A stretch of DNA of 64,000 bases, taken from positions 58,838,001-58,902,000 of the forward strand of contig OX597816.1 in the NCBI GenBank assembly GCA_951406725.2, read 5' to 3'. This document shows, piece after piece, positions 14,530 to 28,500 of the stretch. The translations under genes were made by a program, and so were the position numbers. Numbering within the stretch: the stretch's first letter is position 1; the number at the start of each line of letters is the position of its first letter. The notes under the pieces were generated by a model. That model ran no database searches. It was not told the origin of the DNA and worked only from the letters and a program-made list of their open reading frames with translations. The stretch is from Octopus vulgaris. Its lineage: Eukaryota.

Positions 14530-14790
14530 TGTAAAGTGTTCGCACTAAATTTGACATCAATTGTTCAATGAATTCTGGAGTATCTCTTCCGGATGGCCAC
14601 GGCTTCGTAGTCTTATAGCCTTTTCAGTGTTCACAGAGCGGTGAATAGCAGTTGTGATGTCGGCATTTTCATACTCGGCGTGAATCTAACTCGTTTCCAG
14701 TATTCAAATGTCTTCCAGTCCTCCATATCAGCTAACATTTTCGCAACCACAACTTAAATTTTTATGCTCTCCAACGCCGTTGTATCTTCA
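14530..14790 (-). mobile_element. Internally deleted mariner-like remnant
   Basis: Frameshifted DYEAVAIRK / TPEFIEQL peptides resemble a mariner N-terminus; TIR-like end. Confidence 0.3.
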
Positions 14791-17534
14791 CCAAAACACG
14801 AAACTCTCCCCAAAAAAGACCAAAAAAAATCGCCATTTTCGAACAGATACTCTTAACGGGCGTGTAAAGTATATAAATTATCTCCCTTGGACGGTTTTTG
14901 ATACTGTATTATATAAATGTGGTTATCTCCCCTACATTACTCGCCTTTCCCAGCTTCATGAGCGCCAACTACGTCTTTGTGCGATCGTTGAACAGCCAGA
15001 AATGTCAGCCAAACCATTGTTTCATCATCATCATTTAATGTCCGCTTTCCATGCTAGCATGGATTGGACGGTTTGACTGAGGTCTGGCGAACCAGACTCC
15101 AATCTGATCTGGCAGAGTTTCTACAGCTGGATGCCCTTCCTAACGCCAACCACTCCGAGGGTGTAGTGGGTGCTTTTACGTGCCACCGGCACGAGGGCCA
15201 GTTTGGTGGTACTGATAACGGCCACGCCCAAATGGTGCTTTTTATGTGCCACCTGCACAGGAGCCAGTCCAGCAGCACTGGCGACGACCTCACTCGAATG
15301 TTTCACGTGCCACCAGCACAAGTGCTAGTAAGGCGGTGCAGTAACGATCACGCTCGAATGGTGTGTTTAACATGCCATCGGCACAAAGGCCAGCTTGTTG
15401 CTCTGGCAACGATCTCACTCGTATCCTTTATATTATTTGTCATTGGACTGTGGCCCTGCTGAAGTACAGCCCTGAAGGGTTTAATCAGACAAATGAACCT
15501 CAAGTACCTAGTCTATCAATCTTTCTGCTGAACCGATAAGTTACGGAAACATAACCAAACTAACGCAGGTTGTCAAGCGGTGGCAGAATGAATATTAAAA
15601 CACATGATGATGATGATGATGATGTGCACAAGCACACACACACACACACTTAATTCATAGACTACAGGTGATTACAATATCTGGGACTATAAAAATCTGC
15701 AAGACTTTCTCAAGATTTAGCGAATGATGAACAAAACAAGATGCTTTCCTTCACAGCCTTGCTACCAAGTAGATGGTCAGTCAAAATTTATTCTAAATTA
15801 AAAAGAGGTAGAGCACATTCATACATATAATTGACTTCTCTTGCCCCTGTCATTTCACTGTCCTCCCTCCATCTTTCACCAACTTCTCTCTGATACTACT
15901 TGCTGACTACAAATGAAACTCACAATGACCTCTGTTCCCCATCAGTTGCAGCCAGTTTCTCAAACACAGAAAATGTAAGGCTTTATCCTATTACTTCTGC
16001 AGCACTGTGGATTATCCTTAGAAGCTGTAATGATTCTCCTAATTGAATCACAACACAAACTTCACAATCCAAAATCCAAAATATTAAAAATGCCACCGAA
16101 TCAAACAGAATACAGAAAATATATTAAATTTATTATTTAAAATGAAAAAATTTACATGTATTTCCAAATATGGTCAAAATTTGTACCATATTTTTTTGTG
16201 GCTCTGAGGAGAATGCACCCCCACCAGCCACTCTCAGAAGTGGGTCTTTCTCCCTCTCTCTCTCTTTCATATTTCAGTGAAATAAATACACAACTTGGTC
16301 CAGTGTAAATACCATCATTTAGAAACAGATCTAAATGACAGGCTCAATCAGCTGTTTGATGATAATTCCTGAAAAGACAACAATAATAATAATAATAATA
16401 ATAATAAAGAAATTGATAAAGGATAGAATTAACTTTCCAAATTCTAATCAGAAGGTAAATACAAACATACACACACACACACACATATAAACTATTGCAA
16501 TACAAATGTACTACTTTCCAGTAAAATAAAGCACTGTAAAAGTAGAAGTATAAATATAAATTAGTGGTACAACAAGGCACCAGAAGCTATGTATTTATAC
16601 TTCTACCTTTACGATACTGCAAGCAAGCAAGCAAGCAAGCATGCAGGCAGGCAGGCAAGCAAGGAAGCATGTATGTATGTGTGTATATCCCGTGATCATG
16701 TGACCGACCAGACCATCAGATGTTATACATCGCTGGTCACAATGCGTTTGCATTGTTTTAGCCTTCGAATGACGCCACCCCGCTGGCTAAGCGAGCAGGC
16801 CAACAGAAGAAAGAGTGGGAGAAAGTGTAGTGAAAGAGTACAGCAGGGATCACCACCCCCTGCCGGAGCCTCGTGGAGCTTTTTAGGTGTTTTCGCTCAA
16901 TAAACACTCACAACGCCCGGTCTGGGAATCGAAACCGCGATCCTACAACCGCGAGTTTGCTGCCCTAACTACTGGGCCATTGCGCCTCCACATGTGTATA
17001 TATATATGTATATAAATTCAGTGTATGTAGCATTCTATTACTTAATAAATGGGAAAATGTATAAACAAACAACATAACATATACTGAATATAAAAACGAA
17101 TTGGAGACAAAAAGGTCTGTAATTCTTCATCAGTTATCGACCAATTGGTAATATTCAGTTTCGTGCCTTTAATGATAAGACTGAGCACTTCCCAATTGGT
17201 GGTGCCCGCAAAAAAGTAGTTGTTAGCTTCTGTAACATCCTCATTTAATATCCGTTTTCAATGCTGGCATGGGTCGGTCAGTTTGACAGGAGTTGGTCAG
17301 CTGTGGAGCTGTCCAGGCTCCGACTGTCTTCTGTGGCATGGTTTCTACAGCTAGATGCCCTTCCTAATGCCAGCCACTTTGCAGAGTATGCTGGCTGCGT
17401 TTATGTGCCCCCAGCGTGGGCGTGTTTACACAGCTCTGGCACAAGTGCTTTTTATGTGGCACCTACACCAATAAAGGACAAGCCTTTATGTTTGGATAAC
17501 AGCCATTTCCCACTGACAGGAGAAGGGGCAAAGG

Positions 17535-17940
17535 CAAGTCACCGGCGCCTTAAAACCAGTTGCTTCGGGTAGTTGGGACTCGATAGCCTTGGTTGGCAGC
17601 CCAACTAGGAGAGGGAAACTCCGATTTCAAACCTCCGCTGCCTTGTGGCAAGACCCCCTCCTGGGGAAGGCTAAGGGAGTAAACCCCGACAGAAAATCCA
17701 GAGCTGGAGTCCCTAAGGCGGCCTGACACAACACATCATCACCAGCAACTCCTGCGGCACATCTGGCACCAAGCTGTACCAACCCGTCGTTCCCTTGGAG
17801 CTACCAGCTGCGTGGAGAGGGGGAGGGGGTCAAACTGCATGGGCAGCAGCTGATCCCTCATACAAAACTGCCCAGGCCCCTTGTAGCTCATTCCAAGCTA
17901 CACCATCATCTCTCGAGACGGATGGATGCCGACGACGATG
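17535..17940 (+). mobile_element. RTE-like LINE 5' UTR fragment
   Basis: ggcagcccaactaggagagggaaactccgatttcaaacc resembles RTE 5'-UTR motifs. Confidence 0.4.
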
Positions 17941-18494
17941 GGATCAGCCAGTTTACTTAGCCTAATGTATCTTCACAAGTACAACAAACTGTCACAATTC
18001 CCAGTACATAAGAATGAAGGGACAAAAGTTTCAGGGAGTTATTTACTTTTCCTGTGGCCTCCATGCCGGTGGCATGTAAAAAGCACCATCCGAGCGTGGT
18101 CGTTCACCAGCCTCGTCTAGCACCTGTGCCGGTGGCACGTAAAAAGCACCCACTACACTTACGGAGTGGTTGGCGTTAGGAAGGGCATCCAGCTGCAGAA
18201 ACACCGCCAGATATGACTGGCCTGGTGCAGCCATCGGGCTTCCCAGACCCCAGCTGAACCGTCCAACCCATGCTAGCATGGAAAGCGGACGTTAAACGAT
18301 GATGATGATGATGATGATGATGATGAAAGGGTTTCTCTCAGAATGAAAGGCAAATAGTATAAAATATATTGAGGCTAAGATGTGGCTGTGTGGTTAAGAA
18401 ACACATTTCTCAACTGTGTGCAGTTATATGTTCAGTTCCATTGAGTAGTACCATGGACAAGGGCCTTTTACTATGGACCCCCAACCAAACCTTG

Positions 18495-19367
18495 TGAGTT
18501 TAGAGAGCTCCTACTCCTGCTGGCAACAAAGGGCCTCTCTCTCAGACTGAAAGGCAGATTGTGTGATGCCTGTGTGCGACCAGCTATGCAACATAGCAGT
18601 GGAACATGGGCTGTGACAGCCGAGGACATGTATAGTCTTGAAAGAAATGAAGCCAGTATGCTTTGCTGGATGTGCAATGTCAGTGTGCATGTTCAACAGC
18701 GTGTAAGCATCTTCAGAGAAAAGTTAGGCATAAGTGTATTCTGATGTGGGGTGCTAGAGAGATGATTGCACTGGTATGGCCATGTGATACATATGGACGA
18801 GGACAGCTGTGTAAAGAAGTGCTGATCCCTAACTGTGGAGGGAACCTGTGTTAGAGGTACACCCAGGAAGACATGGGACGAAGTGGTGAAGCATGATCTT
18901 CGAAAAATTTGAGCCTCAAGGAGACAATGATAGGAAACTGGGACCTTTGGCGATGTGCTGTGTTTCAGTTTTTAAACCAAATGAAATCGTAATCATGGCT
19001 GATGGTGGTGTCACATAATTGGCATCCATGCTGGTGGCATGTAAAAAGCATCTTTCAAGCATTGGGCCTCACAGAAGCAAAGTGACTGAGTTCCTTTTGA
19101 GTGTTGGGTCTCATGGAGGCAATGACTGAGACCTTTGGCAATATGTCGTGCTTGAGAAGAAGACTCATCAAGCTGAGTAAAATCACAGTCTTGGCAGATA
19201 CTGGTGTCATACGAATAACACCCGTACCAGTGGCATGTAAAAGTACCCATTACATTCTTAGAGTGGTTGGTGTTAGAAAGGACATCCAACCACAGAAACC
19301 CTGCCAAATCAGACTGGAGTCTGGTGCAGCTTTCCATGGACAATGGACATTAAATGATGATGATGAT
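18495..19367 (+). mobile_element. 5'-truncated RTE LINE (ORF C-terminus plus 3' UTR)
   Basis: [36 protein letters not shown] with stops, then (GAT)n tail. Confidence 0.85.
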
Positions 19368-19620
19368 GTGTGTGTATGTGTTTGAGAACAAGGATATAGG
19401 GAGGTGTGAGGTGTGTACTAGTGAAACCATTATAAGGTGGTGAGTTGGCAGAAGTGTTAGCACAGCAGACAAAATGCTTCCAAGCATGTCATCAGTCTTT
19501 GCTTTCCAAGTTCGAATTCCAGTGAAGCCAACTTTTTTTTCTTTTTGGGGTTGATAAAAAAAAAGTACCAGTTGCGCACAGGGGTCAATGTAATTGACTT
19601 AGTCCCCTCCCAGTAATATT

Positions 19621-19790
19621 TCAAGCCTTGCACCTGTAGCAGAAAGGATTATTATTATTATTATTATTATTGTGTGTGAACGCATTGACATCTAAACAGT
19701 CCCAGACCTGCTGCATGACGCTGTGGAGGATCTTCATGGTTTGTACGGCCAACTTTTGGCATTCCGTATCCGGATCTTCTCTGACAGTAT
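19621..19790 (-). CDS. TELO2: TELO2 C-terminal exon ([14 protein letters not shown]...); ends at TGA 19621 or splices at 19708
   Basis: atttcag acceptor; EDPDTEC matches TEL2 'KDPDEDC'; 3' end ambiguous. Confidence 0.8.
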
Positions 19791-19817
19791 CTGAAATGAC
19801 CAACAAAGACAAAAGCA

Positions 19818-19874
<57 letters not shown>

Positions 19875-19875
19875 A

Positions 19876-19910
<35 letters not shown>

Positions 19911-22900
19911 GTAATGGTGGTGGTAGTAGTAGTAGTAGTAGAGACGACAACAACAACAACAACAACAGCAACAGCAGCAGCAACATCCTCCTCCTCCTCC
20001 TCTGTATCACCATCATATATACAACCTTGAATTAGACAAGTCTATACTTTAAACTTCATGCGTCTCTCTCTCTACCTCTCTCTCTTTACCCCTCTCTTTA
20101 CCTTACTCTCTACCCCCTCTCTCTTTCTCTCTTCCCCAGTTTCTATCCACCTCTTAAACACACAAACAACAAATCACAAAACAAAGCATAACGCCTCATC
20201 ATCATCATCATCATCATCATCATTTAACGTCCGCTTTCCATTTAACGTCGTTCTTCACATTCTGAGTTCAAATTCCGCCAAGATCAACTTTGCCTTTCAT
20301 CCTCTCGGGGTCGATAAATTAAGTACCAGTTACGCACTGGGGTCGATGTAACTAAGTTAATCCGTTTCGTCTGTCCTTGTTTGTCCCCTCTGTGTGCAGC
20401 CCCTTGTGGACAGTAAAGAAATAGGTACTGGCAACGGCCAGTACCACCAAACCTCATTTCTCTAAACCAGTGGTTCCCAAACTATTTTAGGTTGCCACAC
20501 CCCTTGACACCCATCCCACATTCCTAGCACCCTCATCCCCACCTTAACTAACCATCACAACCACAAACCTCTTTTTGAAGCAAATTCAAACTAACAGTAT
20601 TTCACAAATAATACTTAACATAACGGTGGTGCCCCAGCATGGGCGCAGCCTTCAGGCTAAAACATTTTTAAGGATTTAAGGATTTATAACGAACCCATTA
20701 TTTTGTTGTTTTTACTTCAACTGCATCCCCACCCCACTTGGGCTACCCCATTATCACCCCAATTTTCTTGGAACTTTCCACCACCCCAGGGGGGAGCATA
20801 CCACCCACTTTGGGAACCGCTTTCCCTAATTTTTAGGATGATATTTACGATAAACATTCTTTACAAACCCCACATCATCAACTACAGTATACCTTTCACT
20901 GTCTCACACATAAACATATCATCATCATCAACAGCAATATTAGCCACTTGTTTACTGCATTACTAATGACAACACTCAGTGCTTGCAGACTCTGTGCAGA
21001 ACAAATATCCAAAGGGACTTCATCAAACAAGCAACATTTTTTTTTTCGGAATCTTGGGGTTAGTAGCCCATGCTCTTAACCACTACGCCATATGCCCATT
21101 GTCTTTTCTTCCAATCTACAGAGAAACAGCTAAATTAGCCCTGTTTGTATAACTGCGAAATAGTTTCAATGTATGACACTGTAAAGTATATACTAGTCTA
21201 TGCTATTAGATAGTGTACGCTAACATACTTAATTATTTATAATGGATGGGTATGTGTCCTCATCTTGTTGTTACCACAACATTTCAGCTGATGTATTCTC
21301 CAGCCTTCTTCCGGTGTTCTGGTGGAATTTTCGAGCCCAGCCCTTTATTTGACCAATGGGGCAAACTGTTCTCATTCCTAAGGTATGTTGCTGATGTTAT
21401 TTTTCTGATGACGTTATTTTTCAAGTCCCTAAGGTGGCAAGCTGGCAGAATCATTAGCACGTCGGATGAAATTCGGTGAATTGGTAGAATCGTTAGCACG
21501 CTGGGCAAAATGCTTAGCAGTATTTCGTCTGCCGTTACGTTCTGAGTTCAAATTCCACCGAGGTCGACTTTACCTTTCATCCTTTCGGGGTCGATTAAAT
21601 AAGTATCAGTTACGCACTGGGGTCAATGTAATCGACTTAATCCGTGTGCCTGTCCTTGTTTGTCCTCTCTGTGTTTAGCCCCTTGTGGGTAGTAAAGAAA
21701 TAGGTATTTCGTCTGTCTTCACGTTCTGAGTTCAAATTCTGCTGGGGTCAACTTTGCTTTTCATCCTTTCGGGGTTGATGAATTAAGTACTAGTTACACA
21801 TTGGGATTGATGTAATCAACTGGTCCCCTCCCTGTATATTTAAGGCCTTGTGCCTATGATAGAAAGGATTATTTTTCAACTCCCTGCGTGGGATTGAACT
21901 TAGAATCTGAAGGTTAGTAGCCCGTGTGCTTATCTCAAAAATATAGAATAGTAAGATACTCAATGCCTGATTAAATGATGATGGGTAGTCACAACTAGGC
22001 CACCTCTGATTCTCATAAATCAGGGGTCAACATAAGGTTAATCAAGAACAGTAACTAAATAACGTGATAAAACTGACCTTGCAGCCATTGTCTGAAATCA
22101 AAACTATCTTCTTCCATCTCTTCCAATAAAACATGGCTGGGCACTGACAAATAAACTGCTGAAACACCAAATAAAATGGCTCTTCGAACCGAACTGCAAT
22201 GGAATACAAAAACATTATTCAACATCTAAATGTCTTTTAGTGTCCAGTATTTTAGGCACAAACACACATATACACACAAATACATACAGACACAAAGCAT
22301 GGGTTATGGTATCACTGAAAAGGTGGCGAGCTGGCAGAAACGTTAGCACGCCGGGCGAAATGCGTAGCCGTATTTCGTCTGCCGTTACATTCTGAGTTCA
22401 AATTCCGCCGAGGTCAACTTTGCCTTTCATCCTTTCAGGGTCGATTAAATAAGTACCAGTTACGCACTGGGGTCGATATAATCGACTTAATCTGTTTGTC
22501 TGTCCTTGTTTGTCCTCTCCATGTTTAGCCCCTTGTGGGTAGTAAAGAAATAGGTATCACTGAAAAGCACTGGTGCTGGTGCCACATAAAAAGCATTGAT
22601 GTTGGTACCATATAAAAAGTACTGGTGATGGTGCCATGTAAAAAGCACCCAATACACTCTGTAAAGTGATTAACATTAGGAAGGGCATCCATCATCATCA
22701 TCGTTGTCTTTTAACATCTGCTTTCCATTCTGGCATGGGTTGAAAGATTTGACTTAGGAGTGACAAGCCAGAAGGCTGCACCAGCCTCCAATCTGATCTG
22801 GCAAAGTTTCCACAGCTGGATGCTCTTCCTAACACCAACCACTCTGAGAGTGTAGTGAGCACTTTTTATGTGCCACTGGCACGAGGGCCAGTCAAGCAGC

Positions 22901-25419
22901 ACTGGCAACGACCACGCTTGAATGGTGCTTTTTAAGTGCCACCGGCATGGAACCCAGTCAGGTGGCACTGGTAATGACCATGTTTGAATGATGCTTTTTA
23001 CATGCCACTGGCACAAGAGCCAGTCAGGTGGCACTGGCCATGACCACATTTGAATGGTGCTTTTTACATCCCACTGGCATGCGAGCCAGTCAGGTGGTAC
23101 TGGCAATGACCATGTTTGAATGGTGCTTTTTACAACATCCCACTGGTACGGGAGCCAGTCAGGTGGTACTGGCAACAACCACACTCAAAAGGTGATCCAG
23201 CTGTAGTAACCATGCCAACAAAGACAATGGAATCTGGTGCACCACCTGACCTCTTGGCAAACTGTCCAACATAGAAAACAGACATTAAATGATGATGATG
23301 ATATATGAGAGGAGGCTCATGTATATGTGTGTGTGTGATGGGGGGGATGCTGGCAAATGGTTATGTAAATATATCATGACTCATTTACCTTTGTGGATGA
23401 TAACGAAGAGGCCAAATGAATTCCAAAAGACAACGTCCCATCCGCTTCACAGCCTGAAATATAAATGTCATTATTATTTCTCTCTACATCCTTATAACAG
23501 CAAAACCAGTCTGACCCTGTTGGGTCAGTTGAATAAACTAGCAACACTCCAAATCAGTATCTGTGCCCTTCTTTTATTGTTTTCCTTTCACACTACCTGG
23601 GAACACTTCACTTGATATTCATCCTTCATTATTAATACTGTCCTCTCCACTTACATTTTACATTGATCACTTTTTCCGAACCACCAGATTCTCTCTCCTT
23701 CTCCACCACAACATATCCCTCACTTTCCTCACACTTGCAACACACCTAATCACCCATCATCTTTCTCACTCCCATCACTCTCCTGTCATTCTGCTGCTCT
23801 TCATCACCGATCAACTACATTCCTTATCCACCATTCACTACATTCAGCTCTCAAGCCAATCCAAAATCTACACTTTTCACCCACCAAAAAACTGGAACTC
23901 TGTTGGTTATGATGACAAGGGTTCCAGAAGAACCTGCTTGTTAAAATTAACGTGCAAGTGGCTGAGTACCCCACAAAACACATGTACCCTTATCATAGTT
24001 CTCAGGGTGCTTCAGTGTGAAAAAGAATGTGACATGACTGGCTCCCTGAAATACAGGTACTACTCATTTTTGCCAGATGAGTGGACTGGAACAATGTGAA
24101 ATAAAGTGTCTTGATCAAAGGACACAACGCACCACTGGGAATTGAACTCCCAACATTATGATTGTGAGCTGAATGCTCCTAACCACTAAGCCACACACTT
24201 TCACACTTCACCTAAAGCTGACAACACAGTTCTATCTTCATTACAACTTGAGGATCCACCCAAATACCCTGTCACTACTATTTGTATCTCTTGCCACCTC
24301 TGTCTGATCCCTACCCTTCTCCCTTTCCCCTACAATGTGAATAGGCGCAGGAGTGGCTGTGTGGTAAGTAGCTTGCTAACCAACCACATGGTTCCGGGTT
24401 CAGTCCCACTGCGTGGCATCTTGGGCAAGTGTCTTCTGCTATAGCCCCAGGCCGACCAATGCCTTGTGAGTGGATTTGGTTGACAGAAACTGAAAGAAGC
24501 GTGTTGTATATATGTATATATATATATATGTATATGTGTGTGTTTGTGTGTCTGTATTTGTCCCCCTAGCATTGCTTGACAACTGATGCTGGTGTGTTTA
24601 TGTCCCCGTTACTTAGCGGTTCAGCAAAAGAGACCGATAGAATTAGTACTGGGCTTACAAAAAGAATAAGTCCCGAGGTCGAGTTGCTCAATTAAAGGCG
24701 GTGCTCTAGCATGGCTGCAGTCAAATGACTGAAACAAGTAAAAGAGTAAAAGTCATTATAGCCCTTCTACAGCAAGAAACCTGTTTTGCTCAAGCCCTTC
24801 TCTCATACTTTAACCCTTTAACATTCAGATTACTCTGTCAAACATTAAGCTCATTTATTCACGGTGTTTTGAATTAATCACAAATGATCTTGTAGTTTTG
24901 GGATTTTGATCAGATTATTTTTTACTTTCAGAATGACATGGTAGGGTAGGTGTGAGAGGCTGGATCTGACTAGTTTAAAAATAAAACAAGTAGAATATTT
25001 GGGTTAGATGAGGCCAGTTTGAAAGGTAAAAGATTAAGCCTTTATCTCCTAGCATAAAAGCCTTCCTTTATCATGGCGTTTGCAATCTTGCAAGCTGCTC
25101 GGCAACCTCACTAGAGTGAGAAAGAGGGATTTATCATAGGACTTACAGCACTGAACACCAGAGTGAATGTGTGTGTGTGTGTGTGTGCAGATGTGTGACT
25201 GTGTGCATCAAAAGAAAGGGAGAGAGAGAGAATTACCATTGTGTTGACAGCACTGTAGACCACAGTTCCTAGAGTCATGAGAAGTCTTTCCAAAACCATG
25301 CAATCTTCTCCCAAAAGATCCAAACAATTATCTTTCCTGGAATAGATTAATTAACAATAATTACTAATTATTATTTACCCTTTCTGACAATTCATCACAA
25401 ATAGAACATAGGCAGAAGA

Positions 25420-25492
<73 letters not shown>

Positions 25493-25509
25493 GAAAGATA
25501 GTATATATG

Positions 25510-25570
<61 letters not shown>

Positions 25571-28500
25571 AAGATACACTGAGTGTAGATAAGAGTATAC
25601 AAAGGGTGTGTGCAAGCAGGTGTATATACAGTGTATGAAAGAATGTATAAAGACTGATGTCATGTGATTGAGGACCAGACTATCAGATGTTGTTATACAT
25701 CACTTGTCACAATGCACTTTGCATTGTTTTAGCTTTCAAAGGATGCCACCACCCCAACTGGGTGGAGTGAGCAGGACAACATCAAGGTGCCACTCGGTCT
25801 GGCAATCAAACCCATGATTTAGCAATTGTGAGTGCAACATCCTAAACACTAGGTCATACACCTTCAACTATATATATATGGCAACGACCAAGACCTTTGG
25901 CATCATGTCGTGCATGAGAAGAAGACCCATCAAGCCAGGAAAAATTGTAGTTGTGAGAGAATCCGGTGTCATGCAAATGGCACCCATGCTGGTAGCATGT
26001 AAAAGCACCCATTACACTCTTGGAGTGGTTAGTGTTAGGAAGAGTATCCAGCCTTTCAAGTGTTGGGCCTCACGGAGGCAATGACCAAGACCTTTGGCAT
26101 TATGTCATGCTTAAGAAAAAGACCCATCAAACCAAACAAAATTGCAGTTTGGGCAGATACCAGTGTCACACAAATGGCATGTAAAAGCACCCATTACACT
26201 CTCGGAGTCATCATCATCATCGTTTGACGTCCGTTTTCCATGCTAGCATGGGTTGGACGGTTCAACTGGGGTCTGGGAAGCCAGAAGGCTGCACCAGGCC
26301 CAGTCTGATCTGGCAGTGTTTCTACAGCTGGATGCCCTTCCTAACGCCAACCACTCCATGAATGTAGTGGGTGCTTTTTATGTGCCACCTGTACAGGTGC
26401 CAGACGGGGCTGAGTGTTAGGAAGAGCATCCAGCCTTTCCAGTGTTGGGCCTCATGGAGGCAATGGCCAAGACCTTTGGCATTATGTCATGTTTGAGAAG
26501 ACCCATCAAACCAAACAAAATTGCAGTTTGGGCAGATACTGGTGTCGCACAAATGGCATGTAAAAGCACCTATTACACACTCGGAGTGGTTGGTGTTAGG
26601 AAGGGCATTGAGCTGTAGAAACATTGCCAGACCAGATTGAACCCTGGTGCAGCCTTCCGGCTTGCCAGCCCTGGTCAAACCATCCAACCCATGCCAGCAT
26701 GGACAACGGACATTAAATGATGATAAATATGATGATGATGATGATGTTGACGGTGGTGACAATGATGATGAAAATGATGATGATGATGGTGGTAGTGGTA
26801 GTGGTTAGGATGACGATGATGATGTTGAAGATGATGATGATGATGATGCTATATATAACAGAGAGTGTATATACTCATCATCATCATCATCCTCATCACT
26901 ATTTTAAAGTTAACTTATCTGGGTTAGAAAGGATTAGAAGAAACTTAAGGAAGTTGGATGAAGGGGTCAGGGAAACATCCCAATCCCCTGTTTCACATAA
27001 GTCTTTAAGGCACAACTCAGTGCTTCCTTGTCAGATTGCAAACAGCAACATTTAGACAGAACAAATAAAAGATTTAAAATAAATGATGGGCCTGTGCCGG
27101 TGGCACGTAAAAAGCACCCACTACACTCACGGAGTGGTTGGTGTTAGGAAGGGCATCCAGCTGTAGAAACATTGCCAGATCAGATTGGAGCCTGGTGCAG
27201 CCTCCTTGCTTCCAGACCCCAGTTGAACCGTCCAACCCATGCTAGCATGGAAAGCGGACATTAAACGATGATGATGATGATGATGGGGTCATCATCACCA
27301 TTTAATGTCCATTTTCCATGCTGGCATAGGTTGGATGGTTTGACAGGAGCTGTCAAAGCCAGGCGGCTGCACCAGGTGCCAATGGTCTGTTTTAGCAAAG
27401 TTTCTACAGCTGGATCATCACCATACATGCAATGGACTGGGGCCAGCAAGTTGGGGAGCTCCACCAGGTGTTCCAGTCTGATTTAGCTTGGTTTCACCAA
27501 CTGGATGCCCTTCCTCACACCAACCACATCACAGTGTGTACTTGGTGCTTTTTACATGGCACCATCACCTGTGCTTTTTATGTGGCCTAAAAACCCTTCA
27601 AGGCAGTGCCCCAGAAAGGTCACACTCCAATGAAAGAAAACCTTCAAATAAAAAGCAGTATCTTTGCAATAATTCCATGGTGACTGTGATCATCTTTTGA
27701 TTAGGACCCCCACATTATGACACATGGTAACCCAAGTTCAAATCCTGGTCACTGCAAGTCTCTTCAACTTTTAATGGCAGTGCCCCAGCATGGCTACAGC
27801 CTCTGGTGGAAAAACCTGTAATAGAAACATTCCACAATAAACATTATTTACATTTGACAGATATTTGTCCTCATCTTGTTTGTTGTTAACACAATGTTTC
27901 AGCTGATATACCCTCCAGCCTTCATCAGGTGTCTTAAGGAAATTTCGAACCTGCGTTCTCATTCCTAAGGTATTTTTCAATTATTATTATTAATATTATT
28001 ATTATTTTCGATGTTATTAATAATAACATCAAAAAATACCTTAGGAATAAGAACCCAGGTCCGAAATTTCCCCAAGACACCTGATGAAGGCTGGAGGGTA
28101 TATCAGCCGAAACGTTGTGTTAACAGCAAACAAGATGAGGATAAATATCTGTCAAAATGTAAATAATGCAAATAATGTAAATAATTCCTCACCTCTTAAA
28201 TATAGAACTGTATTCCACAATAAAGCTATGATGTTTACTCACCTATCATAATTTTTAATAAGTGGATAAAAGAAATGTCCAGCCACCGATGAGAACCGGT
28301 TGACCACAACCTCTGGCTGTTGTCGGTTGTGACCTTTACCAAAACGACGGGTCTTGCTGTCGATTCGCTTCTGAACAACTTCACGCCAATTATACGTAGC
28401 TTTCTCTGGTTGAATGAGGGACACTTTTATAGGATTTTCTGCGACGGTTTTCTTATCCTTCGCTGATTTCTTGGGTGAAGCAAGTTGTTGAGCTGCAACG

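Larger units (their letters stand above)
27842..28211 (+). mobile_element. Non-autonomous Penelope-like element with 5' inverted duplication and two hammerheads
   Basis: 13-bp TSD attccacaataaa (27829-27841, 28212-28224); 3' end aaatatagaactgt; fold-back arms around an (AAT)n centre. Confidence 0.7.

Noticed and set aside
14790-14880. Promoter (YY1-like CGCCATTTT, GGGCGTG) of a second gene
   Set aside because: Downstream sequence reads as a frameshifted mariner-like remnant, with no spliceable ORF.
17098-17200. Additional hammerhead (CUGAUGA plus gaauu/aauuc stem on the minus strand)
   Set aside because: No GAAA follows stem II and the nearby GAAAC is upstream without a matching core; at best a truncated remnant.
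17535-17640. HDV-like ribozyme at an RTE 5' end
   Set aside because: Could not assign P1/P1.1/P2/P3 pairings or a J4/2 catalytic C by eye.
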